A DNA stretch of 64,000 nt from assembly GCF_030539355.1 (NCBI RefSeq), contig NZ_JAUNSF010000005.1:3011-67010 (forward strand), given 5' to 3'. This document shows positions 10,290 through 18,909 of this stretch, in pieces (positions within the stretch are counted from its first letter, which is position 1; each line of letters begins with the position of its first letter). Origin of the DNA: Sutterella sp. (GTDB lineage: Bacteria; Pseudomonadota; Gammaproteobacteria; Burkholderiales; Burkholderiaceae_F). The position numbers and the translations under genes are program-made. A model generated the notes under the pieces. The model worked only from the letters and a program-made list of their open reading frames with translations, was not told the DNA's origin and made no database searches.

Positions 10290-10340
10290 CGCCGCCGGGG
10301 GAGGGATCCGTATTCCTTTCTCCGGCGGCGCTTTCATTCT
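10290..10340 (+). terminator. hairpin terminator candidate
   Basis: 9-bp stem CGCCGCCGG (10290-10298) / CCGGCGGCG (10322-10330) followed by CTTTCATTCT. Lies between convergent genes. Confidence 0.45.
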
Positions 10341-10357
10341 GTCGGCGGGACTGATGA

Positions 10358-12166
10358 TCAGCCGATCGGGAGGGTCTTCCTCCAGAGCCAGCGGCGTTCG
10401 TCCTCGGTCAGCGCCGGTCCGATGCGCTCGAGCACCTCGTGGTGATAGGCGTTCACCTGCTCGATCTCCTCGCGGGTGAGGTCGGCGACGAGGATCGCCT
10501 TTCTTTCGTAGGGCAGGAAGGTGAGCGTGCGGAACCTCAGGAACCGCCCGAACTCCGTCTCCGTATCCTCCTCGACGGCCACCGCGTTCTCGATGCGGAT
10601 GCCGTGGCGGCCCGGGCGGTAGATGCCCGGCTCGTCGGAGAAGACCATGCCGGGCTCGAGCGGCGTCGCGTGCGCCCAGGGGAAGGCCGGGGCGAGCTCG
10701 ATGCTGATCTTGCCCGGTCCCTCGTGGACGTTGCTCACGTACCCGATGCCGTGGCCCGTGCCGTGGTTGAAGCTGATGGCCTCGCGCCAGAGGGTGGACT
10801 TCACGATCGCGTCGAGGAGGTTCCCCGTCGTGCCCGCGGGAAAGCGCTGCCGCGCGAGCGTGAGGTGCGCCCGGAGCACGCGGGTGTAGTCGCGCTTCAT
10901 CTCATCGGTCAGTTCTCCCACCGCGACCGTGCGCGTGAGGTCTGTCGTGCCCGAGCGGTACTGCGCGCAGACGTCAAAGAGCAGGAATCCCTCGGGCCTC
11001 ACGGCGTCGCTCTTCTCCGGCCCCGGGCGGTAGTGCGGGAGCGCGGCGTTGGCACCGTAGCCGACGATCGGGATGTTGCCGGGGTGCAGGTACCCGGGCA
11101 TCTGACGGCGGAAGTGCTCGAGCTGCTGCCCGACCCCGTACTCGGTGAGCTCGCCCGAGCCGGCGTTCTCCTCGATCCAGCGCATGAGCCGGATGACGGC
11201 GACGGCCTCGAGGCGGTTGGCCTCGAGGAAGCTCTCGATCTCGGCCGCGGAGTGGATCGCCCGCAGCCGCGCCGCGGGCTCGGGGCCGCGCGAGACGCGC
11301 ACGCCCGCGGGCACGGCCTCGAGGAACCCGGCCGGGGTGCGGAAGGGGTCGATGCGGAGAACCGTTTCCAGGGGAAGGGCGGAGAGGGCCTCGGGAACGG
11401 CGTCACGGGCCCTGAGTTCCCAGCCGTCGGCCGCGAGCGCCCGGACGATGTCGTCCGTGAACTTCCGGCGGTCCGCGAAGAGCGTCGCGGTCCCGGGACC
11501 CACGAGCGCGAAGGCATGGAAGAGCGGGTAGAGCGGGTGGTCGTCGCCGCGCAGGTTCGTGATCCAGCCGATCTCCTCGAGGCCCGTGAGAAGCGCCGCG
11601 GCCTGCGGGTCGATGCGGGAGAGCTCGGCTCGCTCGGCCGCGAGCTTCTGCACGCGCGGCGTGACGGCCGACTCCCCGGGGAAAGGCCAGACGGGGGCGT
11701 CGGGGAGAGCCGGGCGCTCGGAGAGGGACTCGCGGAGCTCCGCCGCCGGGTTGCCGTCGGCGGTGATCACGACGCCGGGAAGTTCCGCGCGGAAGCTTTC
11801 GAGCTGTGCGACGGAGAGCACCTCGCCAGGCAAAGACAGACGCTCGCCCGGTTTCAAGCGGGCGCGCAGCCACTCGCAGAGCGTGGGCGTGCCGGGAATG
11901 CCCGTCGTGAAGATCGTGAACGCGTCGCCGTCCACTTCGCGCCCGGCCTGCGTCGTGTAGCGGCCGTCCGTCCAGAAGGCCGCCTCGGTGAGCGTCAGCG
12001 CCGCCGTGCAGGCGCTGCCCGTGAAGCCCGAGAGCCACTGCAGGGTCTTCCAGTGCGCGGCCACGGCCTCGCTCTGGTGCGGATCGGCCGAGGTGACGTA
12101 GAGCGCGGCGACGTCATTCGTGCGCATCCATTCGCGCAGGTGCTCAAGTTTCTCCCGGGTGTTCAT
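10358..12166 (-). CDS. M24 family Xaa-Pro aminopeptidase (aminopeptidase P family, long form)
   Basis: 602 aa. Creatinase/prolidase N-terminal domains (MNTREKLEHLREWMRTNDVAALYVTSADPHQSE) and a C-terminal pita-bread fold (FNHGTGHGIGYVSNVHEGP; VFSDEPGIY; GIRIEN). Confidence 0.9.
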   Translation of the reverse strand: MNTREKLEHLREWMRTNDVAALYVTSADPHQSEAVAAHWKTLQWLSGFTGSACTAALTLTEAAFWTDGRYTTQAGREVDGDAFTIFTTGIPGTPTLCEWLRARLKPGERLSLPGEVLSVAQLESFRAELPGVVITADGNPAAELRESLSERPALPDAPVWPFPGESAVTPRVQKLAAERAELSRIDPQAAALLTGLEEIGWITNLRGDDHPLYPLFHAFALVGPGTATLFADRRKFTDDIVRALAADGWELRARDAVPEALSALPLETVLRIDPFRTPAGFLEAVPAGVRVSRGPEPAARLRAIHSAAEIESFLEANRLEAVAVIRLMRWIEENAGSGELTEYGVGQQLEHFRRQMPGYLHPGNIPIVGYGANAALPHYRPGPEKSDAVRPEGFLLFDVCAQYRSGTTDLTRTVAVGELTDEMKRDYTRVLRAHLTLARQRFPAGTTGNLLDAIVKSTLWREAISFNHGTGHGIGYVSNVHEGPGKISIELAPAFPWAHATPLEPGMVFSDEPGIYRPGRHGIRIENAVAVEEDTETEFGRFLRFRTLTFLPYERKAILVADLTREEIEQVNAYHHEVLERIGPALTEDERRWLWRKTLPIG

Positions 12167-12385
12167 GGCGGTTCTTCCCTCACGGTCTGATGAGTTCTTT
12201 CGCGGGCGCTTCGGGCCCGCCTGGGGTGTGAAGGAATTCTAATTCTCAGGAACCGGCATGCCGGACGGAGCTCGGAACGGGGGCAGGAACGGGGAAGGAA
12301 GCGGGCCGCGCCGTTGCAAGTAGAATGAGGGCTCGGCCGGGCGGCCCCGGCGGCATTCGACAGGATTTTTTCAGGAGCGGCGGAA

Positions 12386-12751
12386 TTGGCAGAGATCAGC
12401 GTTCAGGCGGCGGGCACTCAACTCGACACGACCGGCCTTCTCGGCGCCGAGCGCGATGAGACGGGCACGGACGAGAAGGGCGGCGCGCTCGTCAGGGTCG
12501 CGCGCGTCTTTCACACGATGAGCCAGGCGGACATCGCGGCCCGCGCCCGTTTCTTCGCCGCCATGCGCTCGATGTCGGACGCGGACTATGCCGCCGGCAA
12601 GGGCCTCTCGGTCGACTGCACCGTGAGGGAGGACCCCCGCGTGGGGCCAAAGACCGTGCGCTACACGATCGGCGGCAGCCCCAGGGCAGGCAGAACCTAC
12701 GCCGTGATGGAGGCCGAGCTTGTCGCGGCCGTCCGCGCGGCGCACAGCTGA
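12386..12751 (+). CDS. hypothetical protein
   Basis: 121-aa ORF with TTG start preceded by AGGAGC about 8 nt upstream. High GC3; shared hairpin terminator downstream. No family recognised. Confidence 0.4.
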   Translation: MAEISVQAAGTQLDTTGLLGAERDETGTDEKGGALVRVARVFHTMSQADIAARARFFAAMRSMSDADYAAGKGLSVDCTVREDPRVGPKTVRYTIGGSPRAGRTYAVMEAELVAAVRAAHS

Positions 12752-12791
12752 TCCTCACGGAACCCCGGCTCCCGGGGAGTGAACATGAAAG

Positions 12792-12822
12792 GACCCGCTT
12801 CAGGAGAGAGGCGGGTCTTATC
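12792..12822. terminator. bidirectional hairpin terminator candidate
   Basis: Stem GACCCGC (12792-12798) / GCGGGTC (12811-12817) with T-rich flanks on both strands, between convergent ORFs. Confidence 0.5.
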
Positions 12823-12823
12823 G

Positions 12824-13204
12824 TCAGGGCTTCTCCTTCGGAGCGGCCGGGGCGTTGATGCGCGCCGCGGCCTCCTCGATGAACGCCTTCACGACCGGAT
12901 GCTCCTCCGGGCGGTCACGCAGAAGCTCGAGCTCGGCGGCGTCCGGATTCCTCGCGAGGATGGCGTTCAGCAGCCTGCGCAGCCAGGCGGTGCCGCCCGC
13001 GGCATGGTAGATGTCGCGGTCGGGACGGATGAACCGGATCGCCATGATGTTGTCGAGCGGTTTGTCGCCTTCGCACTTGCGGCCGCAGCCCTTGCGCGCG
13101 CCGCCCCAGCCCGGGTGCTTCCTCTGGTTCGGCCTTTTCCTCGAGCACTTGATGGGTCTGATGACAGGCGTCTTCGCTTCGGCTGTTTTCTTCTCTTCGG
13201 GCAT
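12824..13204 (-). CDS. hypothetical basic protein
   Basis: ORF 12824..13291; likely start is ATG 13204 (MPEEKKTAEAKTPVIRPIKCSRKRPNQRKHPGWGGARKGCGRKCEGDKPL...). Lys/Arg-rich N-terminus with 3 Cys, helical C-terminus. No family recognised. Confidence 0.5.
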   Translation of the reverse strand: MPEEKKTAEAKTPVIRPIKCSRKRPNQRKHPGWGGARKGCGRKCEGDKPLDNIMAIRFIRPDRDIYHAAGGTAWLRRLLNAILARNPDAAELELLRDRPEEHPVVKAFIEEAAARINAPAAPKEKP

Positions 13205-13603
13205 GACGAGGTTCCGTTGAATTCCGCGGGGGCACGGGGCTTCCCGGCTGCAACCCGGGGCCGGCGGTCGGTCGGCCGCCCCGGCAGGCATCCATTATCG
13301 CAGGCGATTGGGGTTGACATGAAAGGGTTTGCTGCGGGGAGGCCGTCCGCCCTCCCGTGAGGACGGCGTCCGCGGGGCCGCTCCGGGCATTTCCGGGCTT
13401 TTATGCGGAGGCCCGGCCTCTCCCGAAAGGGCTGTATTTTTCTAACTCTTTTGGCAGTGTTCCCTCACTCTTAAGACTGAGGCGGGAGGAGTTGCGGCGG
13501 GGATATAGTCATTTACAAAGTCCGAGTCTCCTCAAGGGAGCGGGTCACAGAAACCGCCCGGGGGAGACTCCTGAAAAGTACAAGGATTCAACGAGGAAGA
13601 AGA

Positions 13604-14296
13604 ATGACCCCGGCGGAAAACGCAGACATCCCTCAGCCGAGCCCGCGCTTCAGGCGCGACGTGCTCGTGCTCGGCATCGGAAACATCCTCTGGGCTGACG
13701 AGGGCTTCGGCCCCCGCGCGGCCGAGGCTTTTCATCAGCGCTTCCGGGTTCCCGAGGGCGTGGAGGTGATGGACGGCGGCACGCTCGGCGGCTGGCTCGT
13801 CGACGAGATCTGCTCGTCGCGTCGCATCCTTGTCTTTGACTGCTGCGACCTCAAGAGCGAGCCCGGCACGCTGAGGCTCCTGAGGGCGGAGGACATCAAG
13901 ATCTGGTCCTCCACCAAGATCTCGCCCCATCAGTCCGGCTTCAACGATCTGCTCGCCACCGCCGAGATCCTCGGGAGCCTCCCGGAGGACCTCGCCGTCG
14001 TCGGCGTGCAGCCCGCGGAGCTCGAGGACTACGGCGGCAGCCTCTCGAGCGGCATCCGTGCGAGGCTCCCCGAGGCGCTCGAGCTCGCCCGCGGCGTTCT
14101 TCGCGAGTGGGGTCACGAGGTCACCGAGCGCCCCGAGGGCGAGAAGGTCGAGCCCCTTTCCTTTGACGTCCTGCAGATGGACGCCTACGAGGAGGGCCGC
14201 CCCGACGCCGAGGACGCCTGCCGCACGGGTGACGAGCGGTTCCTGAAGCGCATCGCCGGCCACGCCGTCGACCGCGACATCAAGTTTGACGACTGA
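13604..14296 (+). CDS. hupD: [NiFe]-hydrogenase maturation endopeptidase (HyaD/HupD family)
   Basis: 230 aa. VLVLGIGNILWADEGFGPRAAEAF..VEVMDGGTLG..ILVFDCCD motifs typical of HyaD/HupD. GAGGAAG RBS. Confidence 0.9.
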   Translation: MTPAENADIPQPSPRFRRDVLVLGIGNILWADEGFGPRAAEAFHQRFRVPEGVEVMDGGTLGGWLVDEICSSRRILVFDCCDLKSEPGTLRLLRAEDIKIWSSTKISPHQSGFNDLLATAEILGSLPEDLAVVGVQPAELEDYGGSLSSGIRARLPEALELARGVLREWGHEVTERPEGEKVEPLSFDVLQMDAYEEGRPDAEDACRTGDERFLKRIAGHAVDRDIKFDD

Positions 14297-14316
14297 GAGA
14301 CGGAGCGGACGAGAAG

Positions 14317-14643
14317 ATGTGCATTGCCTTTCCGATGCAGGTGATCTCCTGCAATGAGGTGAGCGCGCGCTGCAGCCGCCCGAACCGCGAGGTCGAGGTG
14401 GACATCACGATGATCGAGCCGCCCAAGCCCGGCGACTGGCTCCTCGTATTCCAGGACCGGGCCCTGCGCCCGATCACGGAGGAGGAGGCCCGCGACATCG
14501 AGGCCGCGCTCGGCGCCACTGCGCTCGCGATGATGGGCGAGGCCGGCGAGGACGACATCCGCGCGGGCTTCTCGGACCTCGTCGACCGCGAGCCCGAGCT
14601 CCCGCCGCACCTGCGCGCGCTCGTCGGCAAGCCCCTCAAGTGA
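14317..14643 (+). CDS. hupF: HypC/HybG/HupF family hydrogenase assembly chaperone
   Basis: 108 aa starting MCIAFPMQV (essential Cys2 motif), ..GDWLLVFQDRAL. The C-terminal extension resembles HupF. Confidence 0.88.
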   Translation: MCIAFPMQVISCNEVSARCSRPNREVEVDITMIEPPKPGDWLLVFQDRALRPITEEEARDIEAALGATALAMMGEAGEDDIRAGFSDLVDREPELPPHLRALVGKPLK

Positions 14644-14686
14644 TTGAGAAGAACAGAATTCAAGAAAGACAGGAAACGAGACTCAC

Positions 14687-15157
14687 ATGTCCAAGTTCAC
14701 CCGCGTCGCCGTGATCGACCCCGAGAACAACCCGCTCTTCGCGCGTCTCTGGGGCGAGTCCGGCTTCAAGAAGCTCAATGAATCCACGATCGACGAGTTC
14801 CTCGCCGTCTCCGGTCTCAAGTTCGCGATCTTCGCCGATGATCCGAACAAGCAGAAGGAGACGATGGACATCGTCGTGATCGGCCCGGAGATTTTCAAGC
14901 AGATCTCGAAGGCCTTCACCGGCGCCTGGATGACCGAGCCCGCCGAGGGCCGCGCGCTCGCGGCCCGCTTCGGCATGCGCAAGCTCCCCGCGCTCGCGCT
15001 CTTCCGCGACGGCGTCTATCTCGGCGCCTGCGAGGGCCTCGACAGCTGGGACGGCTACATCACGAAGCTCGCCGAGATCGCGGTGCGCAAGAAGGCGCCC
15101 CCGAGAACGATCACGATCCTGCCGAAGGCGCCGGTCTCCGACTCCGCCTGCGGCTGA
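14687..15157 (+). CDS. hupG: hydrogenase-1 expression protein HyaE/HupG (thioredoxin-like)
   Basis: 156 aa. Position after hupF and HyaE-like sequence (..STIDEFLAVSGLKFAIFADDPNKQKETMDIVVIGPEI..LPALALFRDG). Confidence 0.8.
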   Translation: MSKFTRVAVIDPENNPLFARLWGESGFKKLNESTIDEFLAVSGLKFAIFADDPNKQKETMDIVVIGPEIFKQISKAFTGAWMTEPAEGRALAARFGMRKLPALALFRDGVYLGACEGLDSWDGYITKLAEIAVRKKAPPRTITILPKAPVSDSACG

Positions 15158-15207
15158 GGCACAGAAAAACAAACCCACACAAAAATTCAACGAAGAGGAA
15201 AACCCCC

Positions 15208-16098
15208 ATGGCTATGCAGCCTTATTCCGCGATGGACGCCGCGAAGCGGTGGCTCCAGGCTCCCAAGCTTGACCCCGAGACGGAACGTGCGGCGGCGCTC
15301 GCCACCATCGACTTTCTCACGGACGTGCGCACGCACCTCGAGAAGGCCGTGGCCGACATCGAGTCGGGACGCGCGAGGAAGGACGGAATGGACCTCCACG
15401 AAGTCTGGGACTTCTCCGCCTTTGACGTGAAGCACATTGACTTCCTGCTCGCCACCCTGGGCGAGGGCCAGGTGCGCATCACGCTCTTCGGCGGCGAGGC
15501 GAAGGCCGGCGACACCGGCATCCCCGGCCTCTGGCGCGTGCAGACGGGCCCGGACGGCGCCTCGAACGCCTTCGTGCTCGGCAGGCTCCCCCGCGCGGTG
15601 CTCGTCGTGGGCGACCGCGGCCTCGACGAGATCCCCGATCTCGTGAACCCCGGGCCCGACGTCTTCGCCGCGCCGGCGATCCTCGGCGAACTCAGCCACC
15701 AGCTCGGCGTCGCGCGCGAGGCCGGTGAGTTCGAGACCCTTCCCGAGAAGCCCGCCTTCATGGTGGAGATGCAGCGCCAGCCGCTTTCGCGCGGCGACAT
15801 GAACTCGCTCCTCTCCACGCTCGGCACGGGCGACATCGAGGTCGAGCTCCAGGGCTTCGCGCACTCGCGCTTCAACCGCACCCGCGTGAAGAACGTCTGG
15901 AGAAGCCGCATCATCAACAACGCCGGGAAGACGCTGCTTGACGCCTTCATCATCGCCCGCATGCCGCCGGAGATCCCGGTGACCGCCGACGAGTACCGCG
16001 ACGGCATCGAGAAGTGCACCGACCTCATCGACTGGGTGAAGGGCGACCTCGAGCGCGGCTCGCTCGGCGCTCCGAAGAACGGAGCCGGCCATGCCTGA
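15208..16098 (+). CDS. hupH: hydrogenase expression/formation protein HyaF/HupH
   Basis: 296 aa. Its position in the cassette and its length match HupH/HyaF. 8-nt overlap with the next gene. Confidence 0.8.
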   Translation: MAMQPYSAMDAAKRWLQAPKLDPETERAAALATIDFLTDVRTHLEKAVADIESGRARKDGMDLHEVWDFSAFDVKHIDFLLATLGEGQVRITLFGGEAKAGDTGIPGLWRVQTGPDGASNAFVLGRLPRAVLVVGDRGLDEIPDLVNPGPDVFAAPAILGELSHQLGVAREAGEFETLPEKPAFMVEMQRQPLSRGDMNSLLSTLGTGDIEVELQGFAHSRFNRTRVKNVWRSRIINNAGKTLLDAFIIARMPPEIPVTADEYRDGIEKCTDLIDWVKGDLERGSLGAPKNGAGHA

Positions 16099-16360
16099 CG
16101 GGAAGGACGGTCAGAACCCGCACTTCACGAGCGGGCGCGACATCGCGGATGTGCTCGACCGGCTCGCCGCCGAGCGCATCAGCGACGACACGCGCATGCA
16201 GTGCCGGGTCTGCTGGTACATCTACGATCCCGAGGAGGGGTGTCCCGAGGAGTCGATTCCGCCGGGAACGCCCTTCCGCAAGCTCCCGACGACCTTCATC
16301 TGCCCGGACTGCGGGCACCCGAAGACGTCGTTCCTTCCTGCGGACGACGACATCGGCTGA
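16091..16360 (+). CDS. hupI: rubredoxin (HupI/HoxR type)
   Basis: 89 aa. Two CxxC knuckles MQCRVCWYIYDPEEG ... FICPDCGHPK, the rubredoxin signature. Confidence 0.88.
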   Translation: MPDGKDGQNPHFTSGRDIADVLDRLAAERISDDTRMQCRVCWYIYDPEEGCPEESIPPGTPFRKLPTTFICPDCGHPKTSFLPADDDIG

Positions 16361-16490
16361 GAGATTTGTTCGAGGAGGTGAGATCCCGGCTGTCCGTCCC
16401 GTTCGTCCGCCAGGGACTGCGGAACCTCACGGGATGTGAGGGCGGCTCCCGCAGCCTTTCGGGGAGGGGCGGACGGTCGGGATGCTGCGC

Positions 16491-16518
16491 AAAAAGGGCC
16501 GGATTTTCCGGCCCTTTG
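16491..16518. terminator. bidirectional rho-independent terminator
   Basis: AAAAAGGGCCGG-ATTTT-CCGGCCCTTTG: 7-bp GC stem (16496-16502 / 16508-16514) flanked by an A-run and a T-run. Lies between convergent hupI and the membrane gene. Confidence 0.65.
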
Positions 16519-16553
16519 CATATCTTGGAGAAGCGCTGCCGCAGTCGCGCGCT

Positions 16554-16997
16554 TCAGTGACTGAAGAAGCTGTCCCGGGGAGGCGGGAGCGCGAGGAGGC
16601 CGAGGCCGGCGATCACGAAGAGCACCGGATGCACGATGGCGCCCGCGAAGGCGAGCGTGAAGGGGAGCCTCCGGTCGGCGAATATCTCGAGGCGGAAGAG
16701 CTCGAGGCCGCGCTCGAAGATCATGCCGTCGACCATCAGGATGTCGACGTAGACACAGGCGAGCACGATGAGGAGCGTCACGGCGAGCACCGTGGAGAAT
16801 AGACGCCGGACTTTGTCGTTCGGCGCGAAGATGCGTCCCGAGAAGAGAAACGAGATGAGCATCAGGAAGGCGACGGCGGCCGGGGCGCAGGCGAGGATGA
16901 ACTCCGTGCCGTGGATCCACGGCTCAAGGGTCCAGAGGCTCGCGCCCCAGTAGGCAAGCGTGACAAGTATCAGCGCGAAGGTAAGCTGACGTCGCAT
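16554..16997 (-). CDS. integral membrane protein, function unknown
   Basis: 147 aa with 4 hydrophobic helices (MRRQLTFALILVTLAYWGASLW..). Terminator immediately downstream. Confidence 0.6.
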   Translation of the reverse strand: MRRQLTFALILVTLAYWGASLWTLEPWIHGTEFILACAPAAVAFLMLISFLFSGRIFAPNDKVRRLFSTVLAVTLLIVLACVYVDILMVDGMIFERGLELFRLEIFADRRLPFTLAFAGAIVHPVLFVIAGLGLLALPPPRDSFFSH

Positions 16998-17266
16998 GTG
17001 GGAATTCTCTTGCGATGGTTGGAAAGTGTTGCGAGGGGGAGACGCGTGAGAGTGCCTCTTGTTATCGGAATGAGAGGGTATGCAATTCTAACAGTGAAAG
17101 GTGCAGAGGAACTACATCCCGTGGCACGGGAAAGCGTCGTTTAATCACTTGCACCGCCCTCCCGGAGACAGAGGAACTGCACAGAATGCCTGATGCGGCG
17201 CGCTCCGAGGGGCGATAGGATTGAATTTGCAGTGCCTGAAAAAAACGCGTTTTCCGGAGGTCAAGC

Positions 17267-18136
17267 ATGGGGATCAGAGACTGGCTGAAGCAATTTCTCG
17301 GCGGTGACGAAGAGAAGGCCGCCAGGGCCGTCCCTGCGGCCGAGGCACCCTCGGTTCCGGCCGCCGCCCCCGAGGACGTGCTCATCGACACGCTCGACGA
17401 GATCCCCCGCGCGGGCTTCGGCCGCGCTCAGACGGCGATCGCCGCCTTCGAGGCGCTGCCCGCCGAGCGCTGGCTTGACCGCCCGTTCACGGTCGGGATC
17501 CTGAAGCGCCTCTTCATTGCCTTCGGACCGGGCCGGGAAGGCGTGAGCGAGACGCTCGCGCTCGCCCAGGTCGCCCTCAACCGCTTCTCCAGGATGAAGT
17601 CCGTCGCACAGACGAAGGGTGAGAAGGACCCGCCGCTCGACTGGGTCGAGGGGCTGCTCTTGATGCGCACGGGGCGCTTTGACGCCGCGATTGAAAAGCT
17701 CGCCGAGGGCAACCGGGCGATGAACTTCGGCGAGGTTGAGGACTGGCGCGGGATGCTCCCCACGGAGGGCCGCGATCCGCTCGTGCGCTGCGCGGCACAG
17801 GCCGCCGAGACGCTCGAGAACCTCGGGAACCCGGATCTGCGCTTCTGGGGCGGCGTGGCCTGCTCGCTTCCGGTCGACAAGGAGGCGGTGATCGATCCCG
17901 AGGAGCTTCTGATGGCCGCCGGGGACCTGATCCTCGCGCTCCACGGGGCCGCGGCGCATGCCGTGACGCTCGACCGCGAGGAGCGCCTCGCGATTCTCAC
18001 GCGCGCGGATGCGCGCTACAAGGCGCTCTTCGACGTGCTGCATCCGGAGGCGGACGACTGCCGCCGCATGATGGCCGCGATCGAGCGGCTCTTCGGCGTG
18101 GTGCACGACCGCGACCGCGGCGAGATCCGCGGCTGA
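17267..18136 (+). CDS. hypothetical protein (helical, soluble)
   Basis: 289-aa ORF MGIRDWLKQFLGGDEEK.. with GGAGG RBS about 8 nt upstream and high GC3. No family recognised. Confidence 0.6.
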   Translation: MGIRDWLKQFLGGDEEKAARAVPAAEAPSVPAAAPEDVLIDTLDEIPRAGFGRAQTAIAAFEALPAERWLDRPFTVGILKRLFIAFGPGREGVSETLALAQVALNRFSRMKSVAQTKGEKDPPLDWVEGLLLMRTGRFDAAIEKLAEGNRAMNFGEVEDWRGMLPTEGRDPLVRCAAQAAETLENLGNPDLRFWGGVACSLPVDKEAVIDPEELLMAAGDLILALHGAAAHAVTLDREERLAILTRADARYKALFDVLHPEADDCRRMMAAIERLFGVVHDRDRGEIRG

Positions 18137-18154
18137 GAACCTCCGGGCCGGGCG

Positions 18155-18382
18155 TCAGTTCGACGCCTCGGCGTCCTCGACGATCTCTCTCGTTTCGGCA
18201 TCCTGTCCGGTGAGGGTGGAGCCGTCGCTCGAGATTTCCTGACTCGCCTTCCGCGGACGGCCCGGCTTCACGAAGATGGAGCCCCTGACAATGTCAGTCT
18301 CCGTCCCGTCATCCGTCGGACGCGGGGTGCCGGCACGGGCGGCCGCGGTGTCGTCGGTGAAGAAAATCTGTCCTGATTTCAT
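18155..18382 (-). CDS. small hypothetical protein
   Basis: 75-aa ORF MKSGQIFFTDDTAAARAG.. with codon bias similar to its neighbours. No clear SD. Lies downstream of the G11-spacer promoter candidate. Confidence 0.35.
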   Translation of the reverse strand: MKSGQIFFTDDTAAARAGTPRPTDDGTETDIVRGSIFVKPGRPRKASQEISSDGSTLTGQDAETREIVEDAEASN

Positions 18383-18491
18383 CGGTCTTCAGGGGGCGCT
18401 CCACGCAGTCCGCCCTGCGGAATGCCCGCAGGGGCGCTTGCGGAGCGGAATTTTTGTGAGGGAGCTGCACGCGGCCGGCCGTGAAATCCCG

Positions 18492-18502
18492 CCCCCCCCC
18501 CC
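18492..18502. repeat. homopolymeric C11 tract
   Basis: Counted directly: g + 9 c (18491-18500) + cc (18501-18502). Confidence 0.95.
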
Positions 18503-18591
18503 TGCGGCTTTCCGGAGGAAAGTCAGCGCTCAGGGAGTGCCGGACACGCTTCCGACGCGTGATGTCTGAGGAAAACCCCGGACAAATCTGA

Positions 18592-18621
18592 ACCCTACCC
18601 CCCCCCCCGATGGTCTGTCAA
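18592..18621 (-). promoter_or_regulatory. candidate sigma-70 promoter whose 18-nt spacer contains G11
   Basis: Minus strand reads TTGACA (18621-18616) GACCATC-G11 (18615-18598) TAGGGT (18597-18592). Perfect -35, and the -10 keeps T1, A2 and T6. Points toward ORF 18382..18155. Confidence 0.4.
18598..18608. repeat. homopolymeric C11 tract
   Basis: Counted directly: ccc (18598-18600) + cccccccc (18601-18608). Confidence 0.95.
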
Positions 18622-18909
18622 GTCCCGCCCCCCGCGGAAAGCGCTTCTGTTGCCGCGGCGTCATCAGTCCGACGGGAATGCTGTAGCTTGAGAACAAACA
18701 AAATTGTCCGGTTTATCAACCGGATCATGACAATCGATGACACATGCGCGCTCTGGTGTTGCCTCCGGGGAAAAGTGTCAGAAAACGTAATCATGATGTA
18801 GCGCGTTCATGTTATGCGCCGGGTCATCCTTCCGAATTAGACGGGCTGAGCGGGCCTCCGGCCAGCTGCGGCGGGCATCTGCTGCGGCACCGGGCCGGAG
18901 GAACCGGGA

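Noticed and set aside
12187-12194. CTGATGAG (hammerhead ribozyme core-like) upstream of the aminopeptidase gene
   Set aside because: A stem II-like hairpin (GCGGGC..GCCCGC) follows. However, there is no GAAA element and no stem I or III partners in the required positions.
18610-18801. 63-aa ORF starting with ATG immediately after the second C11 tract
   Set aside because: There is no RBS. The composition is atypical (low GC, Cys/Ile-rich) relative to the genome's codon bias. The upstream frames reading into the tract are closed by a stop. It is more likely non-coding.
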